Assembly: GCF_000400465.1 (NCBI RefSeq)
Contig: NW_008806277.1
Coordinates: forward strand, 206,001-268,000
Direction: 5' to 3'
Length of the DNA: 62,000 nt
Origin: Wallemia ichthyophaga EXF-994
Lineage: Eukaryota > Fungi > Basidiomycota
The position numbers and the translations under genes were made by a program. The notes under the pieces are model-generated. The model was not told where the DNA came from, did no database searches, and saw nothing but the letters and a program-made list of their open reading frames with translations. Positions within the stretch are counted from its first letter, which is position 1, and each line of letters begins with the position of its first letter. Shown here piece by piece: positions 33,473 through 47,272 of the stretch.

Positions 33473-36400
33473 TCAAAGCTGATCGTCATCAACAACAAAA
33501 CCATCCTCATACTAAAGAAATCAAAGTTAGAAATATTTTAGTGTATAAGTTTACCCAAACTCACATCATATGTATCATCTGGATCAGCTACGTTTGGACT
33601 ACTAGAAAGCAACATCGGCCTATGGGCTGCCTCTTTCGAACCAAGCATAAACCCTACAGGATTCCTTATAGGTCCTGCATTAAATTGTGGTCCACCTCCG
33701 TTTGGTACCTGAGTTGCTAAACCCATTACATAAGCTGCTTGCTGATTATAATCAATGTCATTATTAATGAGCTGACTTTGATCACCAGCAACAAAATCAA
33801 TATCACTTTCCGATAGTGCTTCTACGTCACTTGATCTCTCATCTCCAGAAGCATCTTCATTTTCAGAGACTTGAGCATCCAGATCTAAATATTCACCATG
33901 CGTCATCATCGTTCTACTACGCTTTGTTGTTGGCTGAGGAGGCATTGGTGATGTATTCGATGATGATCTCTGTCTTAATCGTTTGAATGGATGATAGGGT
34001 GTACCACGGGGTGAGGATGAGATGAGTGATTTGCCTGTTGTGCGAGGTGCAATAAGACTCTGACCAGGTTTACGGACAACCTGTGATTGATCGGGCGATC
34101 CATTACTCAATATTGATTTCGGTTCATAATGAAATGGCTTGATATATGTGTTCTCCTGAACATTCATTCGTGTGTTGTTGACAACAAGCGGAGATGAGTC
34201 AACTGACATGCAGCTGTTGTTTGCATTTTTACCACCCAATGGTCTTGCTGGCGTTTTAAATGTTTCATCTTTACGCTTAGCGTTGTCATTCTTTCCGGGA
34301 ACGACCACGGGACTGTCAACTTGATCAGAATCAAGGTCAATGACTGGTGAATCTTGAAATAGTAGTCTAGGTGCTTTAAACCCTTTTTTACTTCTCTTCT
34401 TGCTTCCAAATGGTGGCTCTGACGGTGACTTTAAGATCGGTGGTTTGTTCAGGACCAAGACTGGTGAAGATGTTGGTGACATTGGCGTTGGTGATCTCGT
34501 ACGCTGTCTTTTTGTACTCTGTGTAGGCTTGGGAGACTCTACCTCTTCTTCGTCATCATGGAGAGTGATTGAATGAGTTCGCAATGACAACGTCTTTGAT
34601 AAAGCGGCCACTGATTGATTGGATTTACTTGCTTGACTTGCTTGCCGTCTTACAGCATGACTTGGCTGCCTTTGTAATTGGCTGGGTTTATTCTTCAACT
34701 TCTCGTTTCGCTTCGACGAAGGACCTGAGGGCTCAAGCTTCAAGGGCTGCACTTCCTTCTGTGACTGAAAGTCATCTATGCCCTTTTTTAGTGCTTCATC
34801 TTCAGAATCTGATTCGACGTTCATAGCAGCAGTGTCTGTTTTCTTTTCAACGAGATCACTAGCATTAACAAACCCCGAGGTAGCTTGTTCTGGGACGTTA
34901 CGAAGAGGATTTTCATTTCTTTTCCGCTTTGGCTTTGAAGCCTTCGTGAAGTTACGGATGTTTGAACTAGAAGAGTCTTTCTTGATGTTTTTCTTAGTTA
35001 AGCTTTCCCATTCTTCAACCTGAACATGTCTCTTCTCACATTCAGGTTCAACGTCATGTGGAATTAACCGTTCAACATCGTTGTATAATGCCACTTGATC
35101 TCCCGAAACAATATATGCTTGAACATCCTGGTGCCTAGCTTGTGCTTCATCCCAATTTTTATCTTCAAGGTCTTCAGCCATGAGTGTGTGAACGTGTCCC
35201 TGACGCTTTCTGCCAGTACGACCAATCTTTTGTAACATACTGATAGAGCTTCTTCCAGGATCATAGGTTATAGTAAGATCGATATCACCAATGTCCAAAC
35301 CTTCTTCACCGATAGATGTTGAGACTAACACATTAAAAGTCCCATCTTTATATTCATTCATGACTTTCTGTTGTTGTTTTTGATTTAAACCCTTTTTACC
35401 ATTAGATGCTGCTTGTCCGACGAATGCCGCCGCCTATTATGAATCTTGTCAGATATATACTTTTGCATTATTTCCTAACCCACTCTAAGAATAGGAGAAT
35501 GGGTATTGATTTGTTCCACTACTTCGTCCACTGTCTCTCTAAGTGCTGTATGAGTGTGAGATACTGATCTTAAGACAAAGAAAAAACGCACATGCAAAGA
35601 CTATGGCTCTAGTTTCAGTCTTTTCCGTTGAAAAGTTGGTAAAGTGATCCAATAACAGTGATTCTACTTTCTCCATCTTTGGATGACTGAGTCTGCCATT
35701 GCGTCTGGATCGTTCAGACTCTATTGATAACATAAGTTTTTCTATAGTCTTTTTGGTATCTGGATCTTGCTTTTTGCCGCTCAGCTCTTGCAAATTTTGA
35801 TAGAATATCTCAATGCTCTGGATTTGCTGTAAATTGGTTAGCCTTTTTTCTAGCGCAATTAATTGTGAGCTCACCAAGTTCCTCATAGCACGCGTGGCAT
35901 CTCCTGCTTTATTCAAACTACCAAACAAATATTTTTGATGTGGTAATATCCTGCTACGAAGAGCAGTGATCGAATATGGATGAAGCTTCCTCAATTTGTT
36001 GATTGTGTACTCTGGAAGAAGATCTTTTGCAATGAGTGGATCGACTGTACGCTGGTCGAACGCTTTAGTCGATTATCAATCGTTTTAAGTTGACTTACTT
36101 TTACGACATCCTCCCATTGCATACACAACTCATCTATGAAGTAGTCCATTTTTATAATATGCTCTTCAAAGATCTTCTTATGGGTGTACTGTTTAATATC
36201 TGGTGATGAGTCATTGCGAATGGCGATATTACTTATATGCAAGTTATCTATAATTGGTTGTACTTGTTCAGGAGTATTACCAGGAGTAGCCGTCAAAGCC
36301 AATACTCTGAAATGAGGGTTCGTTTTCATCATGTGCCGCACCACTGAGCAGTAGCTATCAAAGTGTAAATATGATGTCATCTAAGAATGCATGACGCACG

Positions 36401-37712
36401 AATAATCTCCTTGTCCTTTGTGAGCTTCATCTGGATAAAAAATGTAAGATTTTTATGTAAGCTGCAAATGTCTTGAACTACCTATCACTATCAAGACAAC
36501 ATCTTGAGGATCACACACTCCCTTTTGAAGGTCGTTGTTTAGAGTTTGAGGAGTCATATACAAAACCCTCTTTTCCCTTATCTGATAACTGTGAGCGCTG
36601 ATTGTTTTTTTAAAGGACAGCTTACGATAGCTTCACGTTTTTGTTGTGAGACATCACCATACAAGACACTGACATCAGATTGCGGGATACCACAAACGTC
36701 GTGACAAGCTTTGGCCTGTTGATCGACAAGCGGTTCTAATCTCATTCATTTTAATGTTCTTGTAATCTGAGTCAACTTACTCGTTGGTGCTAAGAAGACT
36801 ACTTTGGCAGTAGGGAACCACTTATAGTAGTTCATAATAACTACTCCAGCTATTAGTGTCTAAATCGTTGTCAATTTGGAAAGAAGGGATTTCAAAGCAA
36901 CTCACTTTACCAAGACCAGTTGGAAGCGCGACCAATGTGTTTTGGAAGAGACACTGTGTTGTGATATTGATCTGGTAGTCTCTGATAGGATAGTTTGTAG
37001 GATAAATCCAGCTCTTGACAGCTTGAGGATCGTATCTATGCTTCATCGGTTGTAGCTATAGTTGTTTAGTAGTTGTAGAGGTTCTATACTCGACTTACAG
37101 AGCTAAAAGCGGTTTGGTGAGACAGTGTTACAGGAAAATAAAAAACCACCTACCCTAAGCAAATGTAAGAAAGTTGCAGATAAATTGTGTTAACTTACCT
37201 GTTGATAGCGAGGGGAATTGCTCGAATTCAATTAAATCGTCTTCGATAATCATATCGCCGTCCTCTTCAGCTCTCGCCTTCTGCTTTCTCTGCTTGTTTG
37301 ATTTAGACATAGCCTTGTAGTCCCATTGCTTTTTTGCTCCACTGTGCTCTTTCTGAACCATAACAGGTCGCGGTGGAGGTCGCGACGCGGGAGGTGGCGG
37401 TGCACCCCAAAGTCTCTGCTGAACCAGCCCTTGGGATGATGCTGGGTTATTGTATGAGTTATTTTCAATGCGATCTAATTGCTCCATAGCGTCGTCGTCG
37501 ATGATGATAGGTGAGTTGAAATCCTCACCATAATCGATCGTGCTGTCTATCCCAGCGGTCTGTTCCTCTCTAATTCGATAGTCTTGTATTTGTGGCCGCT
37601 GTTGGTTGAATTGCGATTCAATCAAGTCAGCCTGCTCTAATAGATCGGCATCGTCGAAAGAATCGGAGAAGTCTGAGTTGTCCACTAGACGTAAGATGTT
37701 AGCCTCTTCCAT
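33473..37712 (-). CDS. MPH1: FANCM/Mph1 DEAH-box helicase
   Basis: [63 protein letters not shown] and final exon [12 protein letters not shown]. Confidence 0.95.
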
Positions 37713-37760
37713 ATTGCGGGATATTCGCGCTTACTCTGTGCTATCTTGAGGAGCACAAGC

Positions 37761-37791
37761 ACGCGTAGTGGTGGTTCGATTCAACACGCGA
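37761..37791. promoter_or_regulatory. MCB-like elements (ACGCGT at 37761, ACGCGA at 37786) upstream of MPH1
   Basis: Sequence match to MluI cell-cycle boxes 50-80 bp upstream of a DNA-repair gene. An ACGCGA also lies at 45772 upstream of RAD57. Function is inferred only. Confidence 0.35.
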
Positions 37792-37796
37792 TTAGG

Positions 37797-38154
37797 ATGG
37801 GATTTGATCAAGTGGAGTAGATTTTGAATCATTTTTGTGTACCTGCAGCAAGTATAAGCTAAATCAATTTATATCGACTCAAATTACTCTCCACCTCTTG
37901 CTCATCTCTCGCATCCAAAAGCGGAGCAATTAATAACAAGGTACGAATGACGTTGGTGTTTACGCGTAGCATGGTCATGAGCCGATAGCATTGAAGCATC
38001 ATCTTACATAAAATCTAATAAATATCGCGTCAAATCCTTCAACGCTCTGAGCACATCTGTGACGTCAGTTTATCGAATCATTTATAAGTTTACAATTATT
38101 TCTTTGAATCAAGAAACTGTCCTTGATATGATTATTCAGGTACAAGAATCTTGA
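37797..38154 (+). CDS. Possible small spliced hypothetical gene
   Basis: Two protein-like frames joined by a canonical GTACGA...ATAG intron (YIDSNYSPPLAHLSHPKAEQLIT|SIEASSYIKSNKYRVKSF...). The 5' end is unresolved. Confidence 0.3.
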
Positions 38155-38187
38155 ATGTTTGAGTGTATGTACTAATCGATGCATTCT

Positions 38188-40099
38188 TTATTTCATCAAA
38201 TCAACTAAATCGTCAAACGGTGACTTTTGTTGAGGTTGTTGAGGTGGATGAGGTTGGGGATTTGTAAATTGTGCATTAGATGTTGTGGTATTATTGATAT
38301 TGGCGGGTGTGTTCAGTCCTGGTGTTATAGGGCTTTGGGCAGCAGGAGTGTATGGTTGGGAATAGCTGACTGGTGTGCCTGTTGCTGGCCTCATTGCATA
38401 GAGACTCTTTAAAGCTTCATTTGAGCTCAAGTTCATCGCTGGTGGTGATGATACTTGAGCAGGTTGCGTTTGGGATTGCACATCTGCAGATCCTGTAGGG
38501 CCAGGGGATGGTGCAGAAAATAAATCTACTGGAAGTTCACTGCTTGCACCTCCTCCTAGTTGTACTCCAGCATCATTACCTTCGTCGCGTTCAACGTGTT
38601 CGTACTGCAAAGGATCATCGAAGTCAATCAAATTCTGACCTTCACTTCGGTCGTTTGAATTTCCAGATGTGATACCCTTAGATTGAAAGCTTGACTCGTT
38701 AGATTCAACTCTGTGCGTTTCATTATAACTTACTTTTCATTCATTTCAAACTTGGCATCGTAATCACCATTCTTAAAAGCTGTGTATCTGTTTACGACGT
38801 TGTTTATCAAGTCGTTAATCTGCAATAAGCGTTCTGAAGGTAAATTTGTCAAACAGGGGTTTGCACTGACGATATATACTCACCTAGCAAGTCTGGGTCC
38901 GATTCAGATGCATCAGATATCCATTTTTGTAGTTTCGGACTTGCTTGCTTGCAAAGTGATGCTACTTGCTAAGCTGGGGTAAGCTTTATGTGCTTTTGTA
39001 TATAAGTCCTACTCACATCATATGCATCACCACGCACGAGCTTTTCCTGAGTCTGTGCAGCTTGGTCTAGCATATCGTTAAGAAGTATAGCTTTGTGCTG
39101 AACTTTGTCGAGTTCTTTCAATGTTTGTGCGCGATAGTCTGGCTTGCGTTCGTCCTTCAGAGCATTAGCGGTGTATATTTTGTGTTTAAGTGACTCACAA
39201 ATCCAGAAAGCTTTTTCATGAGATCTTGAGCAGCAGCTAAATCTCTTGGTGTACCACGCCTGATAAGTTCTTGCAATTTCTACCAGCCGTCAGGGCGTAT
39301 ATACGCAGAATAATCTATACCTACCGCGGATTGCGCTTCTCTATCTTCCTCTTCTAATTCTTCGGGTGATTTGAGGTTCTAATGCAACGTTAGATATCAT
39401 CGTGCGATACGACTCTTCTTACATCAGTCGCAACGGTTATAGCAGCATTTCTACTCAATTCTGGGAATCTGTAACCTTTATAACCAAGCAATCTCCACAT
39501 GTCTCTAACGTGAACAAGGTCCTCCTTGTGTTTTGAAGTAGTCGCTACGCCATTCTTCCACTCATTGATAAGCTCGAGCGTTTTGCCCATGATTGGACCT
39601 GGATAGGCGGGTGGACGCTCTGGGAACCTACGCACAAGCTCATTGAGGAAGTCTTTTGTCGCTATTTGGAGATGGAAAGGGTAACCACAGTTCTTGACCA
39701 GCACATCAAGTAGCTTGACAAGTGTCAGTCCAATGAAGCTATAAGAGAGCACAAACTCACATGAAGAGCTAGTAGCGCTGATCTAGGGCTTCCCTGATTG
39801 ACATGCCTTAATATCTCAAACGCAGCTTCTCGTGGACTAAGAGGAGCGTGAGATTGACCTACTAATAAGCAACAACTAACCAATTGGATTTTTTGGTATT
39901 GATGTACTCAGCTATTTCCATTTCTAGTTCTTGATTTGGCTGGAAAAGCGTCGTTTCACATGCCATAGCTGAGATTGAACTGAGATTGAGGACGCCGTTT
40001 GATCCGAATCTTACCTATATACGAGGACAGCACATCAGAGGTTCTTGAATTTCTGCCCCAAGGGCTCCCCAGACGACCGAGCGTATTTGGATTAAGCAT
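38188..40099 (-). CDS. GGA-type VHS-GAT clathrin adaptor
   Basis: LLDVLVKNCGYPFHLQIATKDFLNELVRRFP, LKSPEELEEEDREAQSAKLQELIRRGTPRDL and clathrin box LIDFD. Confidence 0.9.
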
Positions 40100-40155
40100 C
40101 TTGATGGTGGTAGCGGAGTTGCATGTAAATAAATAAATTACTATCAGGTATACAA

Positions 40156-41480
40156 TCAGAGGTGGTGACCCGGCACCAACGCGAATATGAGTGTGAACAC
40201 TGCAGTAGATAGTGCAACGAGTGCGGCTACTAATCTGCATTACTGTGAGATTGATAATGATATCACGACGCAATAACCTACGCGGTGCGAATGAGTAGGA
40301 GCTTCTTAACATAGGGCTCTTCAATTTCGATAGTCCTGAATGGCGTCGTTTCGCTATGCTTTGTCAGTATTGCTATCGATGACACAACAACGCACCTCTT
40401 GTTAAACAAGACCATAAGAGGGTCGATATTATACTTGAAAGACCAGATGAGAAAGAAAGATATTAAAAAGGGTAAAAGCACCTGTATTCGCATTCGATTA
40501 GCTGGGTAATGAGGCGTAATTGTTGCACACACCCAAACTCGCGTCTTCTGGGGCTTGTAGTCGATGAATATAAAGCAAAAGCCAAGTGCAAAAGCAAACC
40601 AAAGAAGGAAAAGTCCTAAACCGAGTCTTACTAATGATGACATCGGTGTTAAGTTACCAAAACCTTTGGCACGTAAAAATCTGTTCCTAGTTAGCAGTGG
40701 AAAAGCAATATATTACACCACAAACCTGGGAAACACACCACCCTCAAGTGCCCTGAAAATATACTCCTTCTGAGGGTAGAAGAGATCTGGTATATCAGTC
40801 AGCGGCGTATTATGACCAAAGTTTTGTATTCTAAGAGCAGGTGGTAGATAGATTTCCTTGTCACTGCCAGGAGCGAGGTATCTAAAGTAAATGCGCTCAG
40901 CTGAGTCGAACAAATCACCATGGCTAATGACAGCATTTCTAGGTATCGTCGTTGGATTCCTCTTTGAGTCCTTGCGTTTAGAAACCAAAGTATTGACAGA
41001 CTTCTCCGGGTCAAAGTCAGATGTCGATAAGTTCTGCTTGTTTGAGTTGTTTGAGGCGTCGAGTAAGAAATTGTCTAGTGCAACTGGTTGCTCACGGTGA
41101 CCTGATTGAAGGGAAGTTGAGGAACGCGACTGATTGTTGATTGGAGAAGGACTTAGGCGATTGCGATCGAAGTTGTTTGAGGGTTCTGCGAGACCGATGA
41201 GGTTTGAGTATATGGAACCCTTGCTACGCGCGCTACTAAGATATTCCGGCCAGACGTCCTGTATCAGTCTTCCAGATTTCCTGATATCCTTAAAGTAAGC
41301 GCGGCACAGATTCTCGTGTTGCTGTGTGTCTAGCCAGAAATCAAGTGCGTCCTCAGAGCCCTCGCGTTGGAGGAAAAGATAGAGACAGAAAAGATCGACG
41401 GGTGGTTTAGTTTTCCGAGAAAGGACCTCTGCTAGCGTGGGTAGACGCGTCAGTCCAGAGGAGTTCTCTGTGAATTTCAT
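40156..41480 (-). CDS. RAX1: RGS-domain membrane protein, bud-site selection Rax1 family
   Basis: RLPTLAEVLSRKTKPPVDLFCLY...LDFWLD, three C-terminal TM segments, ending IFALVPGHHL*. Confidence 0.88.
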
Positions 41481-41640
41481 ATGATGAAGTAAGTTGAAGA
41501 GATGTGCATAACATTCCAGTGGAAATGTAAATAAATTTTGGAGGCAATAAGTCGCACAAGATTACCAGCAGTATCACGCACGAATTCTGTACTTGGGATA
41601 CTCACTCATCTCTCCGTCCTCGTTCTCAGAAACGTCCAAG

Positions 41641-42020
41641 ATGTCAGCATTCAGCAGAGCACTCCCAACGGCGGTAAAAGAAATCAGACTAATTGGATGC
41701 CAAACTGGAAACAGATCAGAGGGATTCAGGTGGGTAATGTATTTATCTCTGCGTAGAATAATCCCAACCGCAACCAGGCAATTCGTACAATCATCCTACC
41801 CTAATCTCAAGCAATCGAATCCACATCTACCAATCCTCGTTCGTGAGGCTGCCGGTGTACCAGCACGTGCATTCGCTAGATTTGGTGGGTAGCCGTGTCC
41901 AAGCACAGGACAGCACTGACAATGACAGAATACGGCTTGGAGAAGAACGTTAGCTTAGATGGATTGTCTGCAGGTGAGGTGACAAAGCAGGTCGAGACGC
42001 TGCTGTCCAAGACCAATTAG
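41641..42020 (+). CDS. NDUFA2: Complex I accessory subunit NDUFA2 (B8/NI8M)
   Basis: KEIRLIGCQTGNRSEGFRQFV...LKQSNPHLPILVREAAGVPARAFARFEYGLEK; two introns. Confidence 0.9.
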
Positions 42021-43521
42021 ACTGTACTTTTCTTTTGAATATAATGACTTGTTCATTTCTTAGATCCCTAACTGCGGTGATTAGTCTGATACAGATTTCA
42101 ATTTAGTTAATGAAAACAATTTGACAATAGCCCTTATCTTCTCGCTCAGACCCTTTTTGAGAGATAACAAAGGAAACGTAGCAGTAAACAAACCTTTATT
42201 ATTAAAATTTACAGCCCTATCCACCTGTAGAACTCAAATAAATATGATTAACACCCATTTCTTATGTTCGTAAAAGTTTTCATCGCTGTATCTGTCGGTA
42301 GGTGTACTGTTGGAGGTGTTTTATTGACTACAAAACACCTACTAAAGCCTCAACCGTCTTCGCTGCTCCAATTGCATGCTCTGCCTCCTTCAATTCGATC
42401 GTCCAAGGAATCGGCTAGAACCCAGACTTCTACTTCGGCTCTCAACCCTTAAGTGCGAATACTCAAGACTTACAGCTAAAAGCTGATCATATTTCTCAAG
42501 TTGCGTTTACAATCGCGCGTTTAATCACGCGTTTCACTGACAAACGACGCGACTCTGGTGATCAAACAATTGACTTGGTTCTTCAAGTAAACTAACGAGC
42601 AAATCTCTGCTCATGGTACTGAAACTTGTGGTGTTACCCAAAGATGCTTAAAAGTACTTTTCTGAAGATATTTAGGTATTTTCGACCACCTCACACTAAA
42701 ACTCAAGATTGTGGTCGGTGAAGATCTAGTTTTGCCATCCGTGTTCTAGCCAATGGATAACGAAATCGAAGCGACGATTTTTGGTGTATAGTCAGACGTT
42801 ACCAACATTCAACAAATCATAAATGGCGCTCTGAACGACCTGGGTTTTGGTGATGTTGCCAGCCCACTGGAGAAGACGCTGAACGACAAATTTCCAGGGC
42901 TTCTAAACTTAAATGGCAATAAGCTCAACAAGGTTCTTGAAGGCGTGTCCTTTGTTGGTGACCATTTGTTATCGATTGAATTGTGGATAGTCGGGATGAC
43001 TGGGGCAAAATCAGTCACGCTAATGTAATTAATTGAATGACATGTAACGATAACCGCCAATTTACTTGGCAAATTGTGACACTTGATCAGCACCGATGGT
43101 CGTGTCTAGGTACGAGGCCTGACATTTTGAGGATTGCACGTCGATCAAGTTGAAGATAATGGAAGGCAATGACTGATAGCTGCAGTCTATGCTTATTTTT
43201 ATTAGCCTGCAGATAAAAGTGGAGGTCTGTCATAGTCTCAGGCGTGTGGGTGTCATTAAGGGATGTCCGCGGGTGCTTTCAGGGAGCAGTATAAATGAAA
43301 AGCGGCTAAATGTGTCAAAGAAAAGACTTTAGCTTCTTAAAATTCTCTGTAAAACCTATGGACGATGTTGAGCAAAGCCACACTCAGCCAAAAGAAGGAA
43401 TGTGGATGAGATTTAATATGTGTGCCAATCGAATCAAATGTATAATCACTCACAATACATCTCCACCCTTACTGCTCTTTATCGTAATTTCCCGACTTCG
43501 TCTTCTCGCCCGTTCATCACT

Positions 43522-44331
43522 ATGATAAAGAACTTGCGCTGCTTTGGTACATCTTGCAGGACGCAGGCTGTGCTTGGTCCGAAAGGAGCGCAAAATCAAG
43601 TTTATCGCTGGGAGAGCTCCAAGCCAGACGATAGCGCAACTCCAAAGCTTGAGATTGAGAGTAAGCGGAGATGGCTGGCATATATGCGCATGGAAGAGTT
43701 TGAGCTGCCAAAGCTAGAGAGTGCGTTGTTTCATGTTATAGAATACCTCTGACATGCATTAGAATACAAAAAGGAATTCGTACCGCCAGCCGACGACCAA
43801 GTTGTAAAGGTGAGGACACTCGAATATCTCAATCAAAAGCCACACCCAGCATCCGTGAAATCTGTCATTTCCGTTAAAATCAAAGATCTTCCTCTCACGG
43901 ATGGATCGTGTAAGCACAAGGCTAAACTTCTCGCAGGCCCTCGCTGGTCAGGGCCACAATCAAGCATATTAAATGGCAAACTTATAGAAGATATTGACGG
44001 TGAGGTTAAGATAAGCTCAGAAAATTTCCCACATAGGGCACAGAATGTCAGATGGTGCTCTGACAAGCTGCAGTTACTGATAAAGGAGTCAAACGTGAGC
44101 AGCCAGTTCGAAGGCGTCCACTCGCTAACAAGACTTTTACAGGATAAAAGCTACAACTTTGATGACATTCCTTTAGATACTCGTCACGTTATTCGCAGAA
44201 TCCGCAAGTCAAGGCGTGGTGGACATAAGATGGAGAACTTGGCAGGTGCGCAGCAGGGGCGTAGGCCGACAAAGTATGATATGCCGGAGGAGTGGATTGA
44301 AGAGGCCAAATTAGCGTTATCACAAAAGTGA
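43522..44331 (+). CDS. RSM24: Mitochondrial ribosomal protein mS35 (Rsm24)
   Basis: EFVPP, HPASVKSVISVKIKDL, KLLAGPRW, VKISSENFPHRAQN and FDDIPLDTRH. Confidence 0.85.
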
Positions 44332-44592
44332 TGTCGTAGAGAATGTGATATGTTTTTACCAAAAAAAAAGATCACGAGAAAGAGAGCTGTGTTAATGATC
44401 ATATCTATACTGGTATTCCTATAATGAAGAGTTCCTAAAACATTTAATGTGTATGCATGTCCGAAAATGTCTCCAAGGTGACATTTCTGTCTTTGAATGC
44501 TTTGAAGATGGGGATTGAGTATGGAATGCAGATTCCGATCTTTATTCAATTTAAAGAATTGTAAGTAGCAGTGCTCTTAAACAACAATTACA

Positions 44593-45598
44593 ATGACCAA
44601 CATGATTCTCTCACCTCCAGCAACGCCTATGTTCACCGAGATGAAGGACACTCCAGAGAACTTGTCTTCGTTTGTGCAGACATTCGTTGCATCAACGTTC
44701 CCTCCATCCAAGAAGCAGATGCAGACAAACATATACACACCACCCGCCTCTCCAATGTCACCGCAATTCAACCAAGGTCCACACTCTGAGCTTCAAGACT
44801 TTGCATACTATATAATAACGCGTGCTGAGCTCTGCACAGAAGCAGCGCTATGCGCATTGGCTCTGTTAGCACGTCTTCGCAGAAGATTGCCTCGCGCAAG
44901 AGCTGAATCAGGTCCAAGACTCTTCCTTGCCGCTATGATTGTCGCATCCAAGGGACTCTTCGATATCGCATACAATAACCCTGGATGGTATGAAATAGCT
45001 GCAGGCTGTCCTGCTATTGAAGCAGACTTTGCCTTGGCAGACATTAACTTGAGTAAGTTAAATTTTTACAAATTGCGACTAAATTGACGAATCATTAGTG
45101 GAGCGCCAGCTGCTAGCACACTTGGATTATCGTGTTGCCGTATTTGGTGATGAAATTCTCGCTTTACGTAGAATATACACCACTGGATCAGTACAGCAAC
45201 CATTGGTGAAATCGCAATCTACCAACACGTCAATCAACAGCCTCATCACGCCACCACCATCACCGCTAGATATGCCATTCTTAGATCAATCACAGTCACA
45301 ATCGCAATCGCAGTCACAATCATTCAATGAACCAGTGCCACCACCACGCCCATACAAGTCACGCGTCAGAAATTCAATTGGAGGTACACAAGATATTCAG
45401 CAATATCAAACATTCGCTGAGCCAATGACAATTTATGCGAGAAGACCGCGTGCAGTACCACTGCCACCACTGTTGCCTGTTCAATCGAGCGCATGTTCAA
45501 TGGAGACAGGACCATTCACAGCACCTATTAATAGCCAAGCACCACAGTATCCTCAGTCATTTGAGAATACAACACGCTCACACCGTCGCTGGCTCTAA
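44593..45598 (+). CDS. Pho85-type (Pcl/Clg1-like) cyclin
   Basis: Cyclin box ALALLARLRRRLP...RLFLAAMIVASK...YNN..W and INLMERQLLAHLDY; QS-repeat tail. Confidence 0.8.
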
Positions 45599-45791
45599 AT
45601 GAGACACGAGAACAACAACGACATTCACGGACACTCAGCTTTCTTAAATTATCAAATGACATACCCACGGCAAATACTGTAAATCAATTTTAATCGGATT
45701 CCAAAAAGTAGAATACATTCTTTTTAATAATTTCTATATAAAATAACGCTTGTGTGTTTACAATCAACTCGACGCGACGTGAACAAATGAA

Positions 45792-47213
45792 ATGTCGAAG
45801 TCGCTGCAAGATCTAGACGTTCTCTCGCATGTTCTTAAGCAGAGATTGCTAAAAGGTTGATCCCTTCTCATCGCGTTTCGGTGGCAATCGATTAACGTCA
45901 TTTGCAGCTGATCTAATTGACCCTTTTGAAGTTTTGGTTATGGACACTGGCAATTTATCAAAGAGGCTAAATATGTCTGCTTCAGAATGTCAAAAACTCA
46001 TCGACGTCGTTGCGCTTGGTGCTTTTCCTGATGTAGAGGATTGGACAAGTCGATTTAATTCGATGGACAGTTTCACGAGCGGTGACAGCGCGATAGATGA
46101 TGTACTTGGTGGTGGTATACGCGAGCAGTCTCTACTTGAGATAGTTGGAGCATCGTAAGTGGATTTGGTGTAATTGCACACACCCACTTAAATACCGTCT
46201 ACAGCTCCGTTGGCAAGTCGCAGCTAACAATGCAATCTCTCGTTACAGTTCAGCTGCCTTTCGAAGAAGGTGGTTTGGACGCACGCGCAATACTGATACA
46301 CGCAAGTAAGGCACCGCCAACAGAACGGCTGAGTACAATCGCGCGTACATATTTTCCAGAATCGCATCCGAACGATATTCTATCAAACATATCTCTTCTC
46401 CATGTGAGGGATTTTCAGTGTTTGCAGCACGCGTTAGATTTTTTCATACCGCGATTTTTGGTAGACGGAACAAAAAGCAAACCAGTCAGATTGATTGCAG
46501 TAGATTCTCTCGGAGAGCTTAGTAGGCAATTTGATTCGAATGCGCATGGACTCGCGCAGAGGAATGCATCGCTGTTGCGAGTAGTTGATAGCTGTAAGCG
46601 ACTTATACACAAGTACAGACTATCGCTCGTTGTTGTGAATGGAGTCAGTGAGGCTATACAAGAAAATCAGATAGCGACGATGAATAGCTATGGTGTTCAG
46701 TCGCGTGCTTTCTCTGGACAGTCTGTACATAGCACCAAACAAGCCCAATTGGGATTAATATGGGCACACAACGTTCAAACGCGCTTGATGCTGGTAAGGA
46801 CGCTGCGAAAAGTCCATGTGAAGGTAACGGAGTCAGAGATAAGGATGAGTTCAACAGCAAATGGCGAAGCTGAAGCACGACTACCTATGCCACCAAAGGT
46901 AGAAGAAAGTGTAATGAATATTGATAGGCGGTTCAAGAAACCTCGCAAAGATGAAACATTTGCTGTGCACAAGCGCAGAGCTCACGTCGTATACTCAACA
47001 TACCTGAGTGGAGGAAAGTGCGAGTTTTATATACTCCCAATTGGAGTAAGGTCGGTAGAAATGACAAGACCAGATAGAAGAAAAGGATCACCAGTTCCAA
47101 CATGCGCTCTCACACCGGCAATCAGTCAGTCGCATACGCAATCGATAGATGACGATGAAGCAAAGATCTGGGCATCGATATCGTTCAGTGATGGGGACGA
47201 GGAGGATCTTTAG
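45792..47213 (+). CDS. RAD57: Rad51 paralog, Rad57/XRCC3-like
   Basis: FTSGDSAIDDVLGGGI, Walker A spliced as GAS|SVGKSQ, Walker B LIAVDSLG, and LGLIWAHNVQTRLML. Confidence 0.8.
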
Positions 47214-47272
47214 CATAGATTAATATAAAAATGTAAATTATTGAGCATTGTTGATAACACTCAGTCATCATC

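Noticed and set aside
33473-47213. MPH1 and RAD57 (plus CDC25, CDC12, cyclin) as a DNA-repair or cell-cycle gene cluster
   Set aside because: They are separated by unrelated housekeeping genes, and co-occurrence is unsurprising at this gene density.
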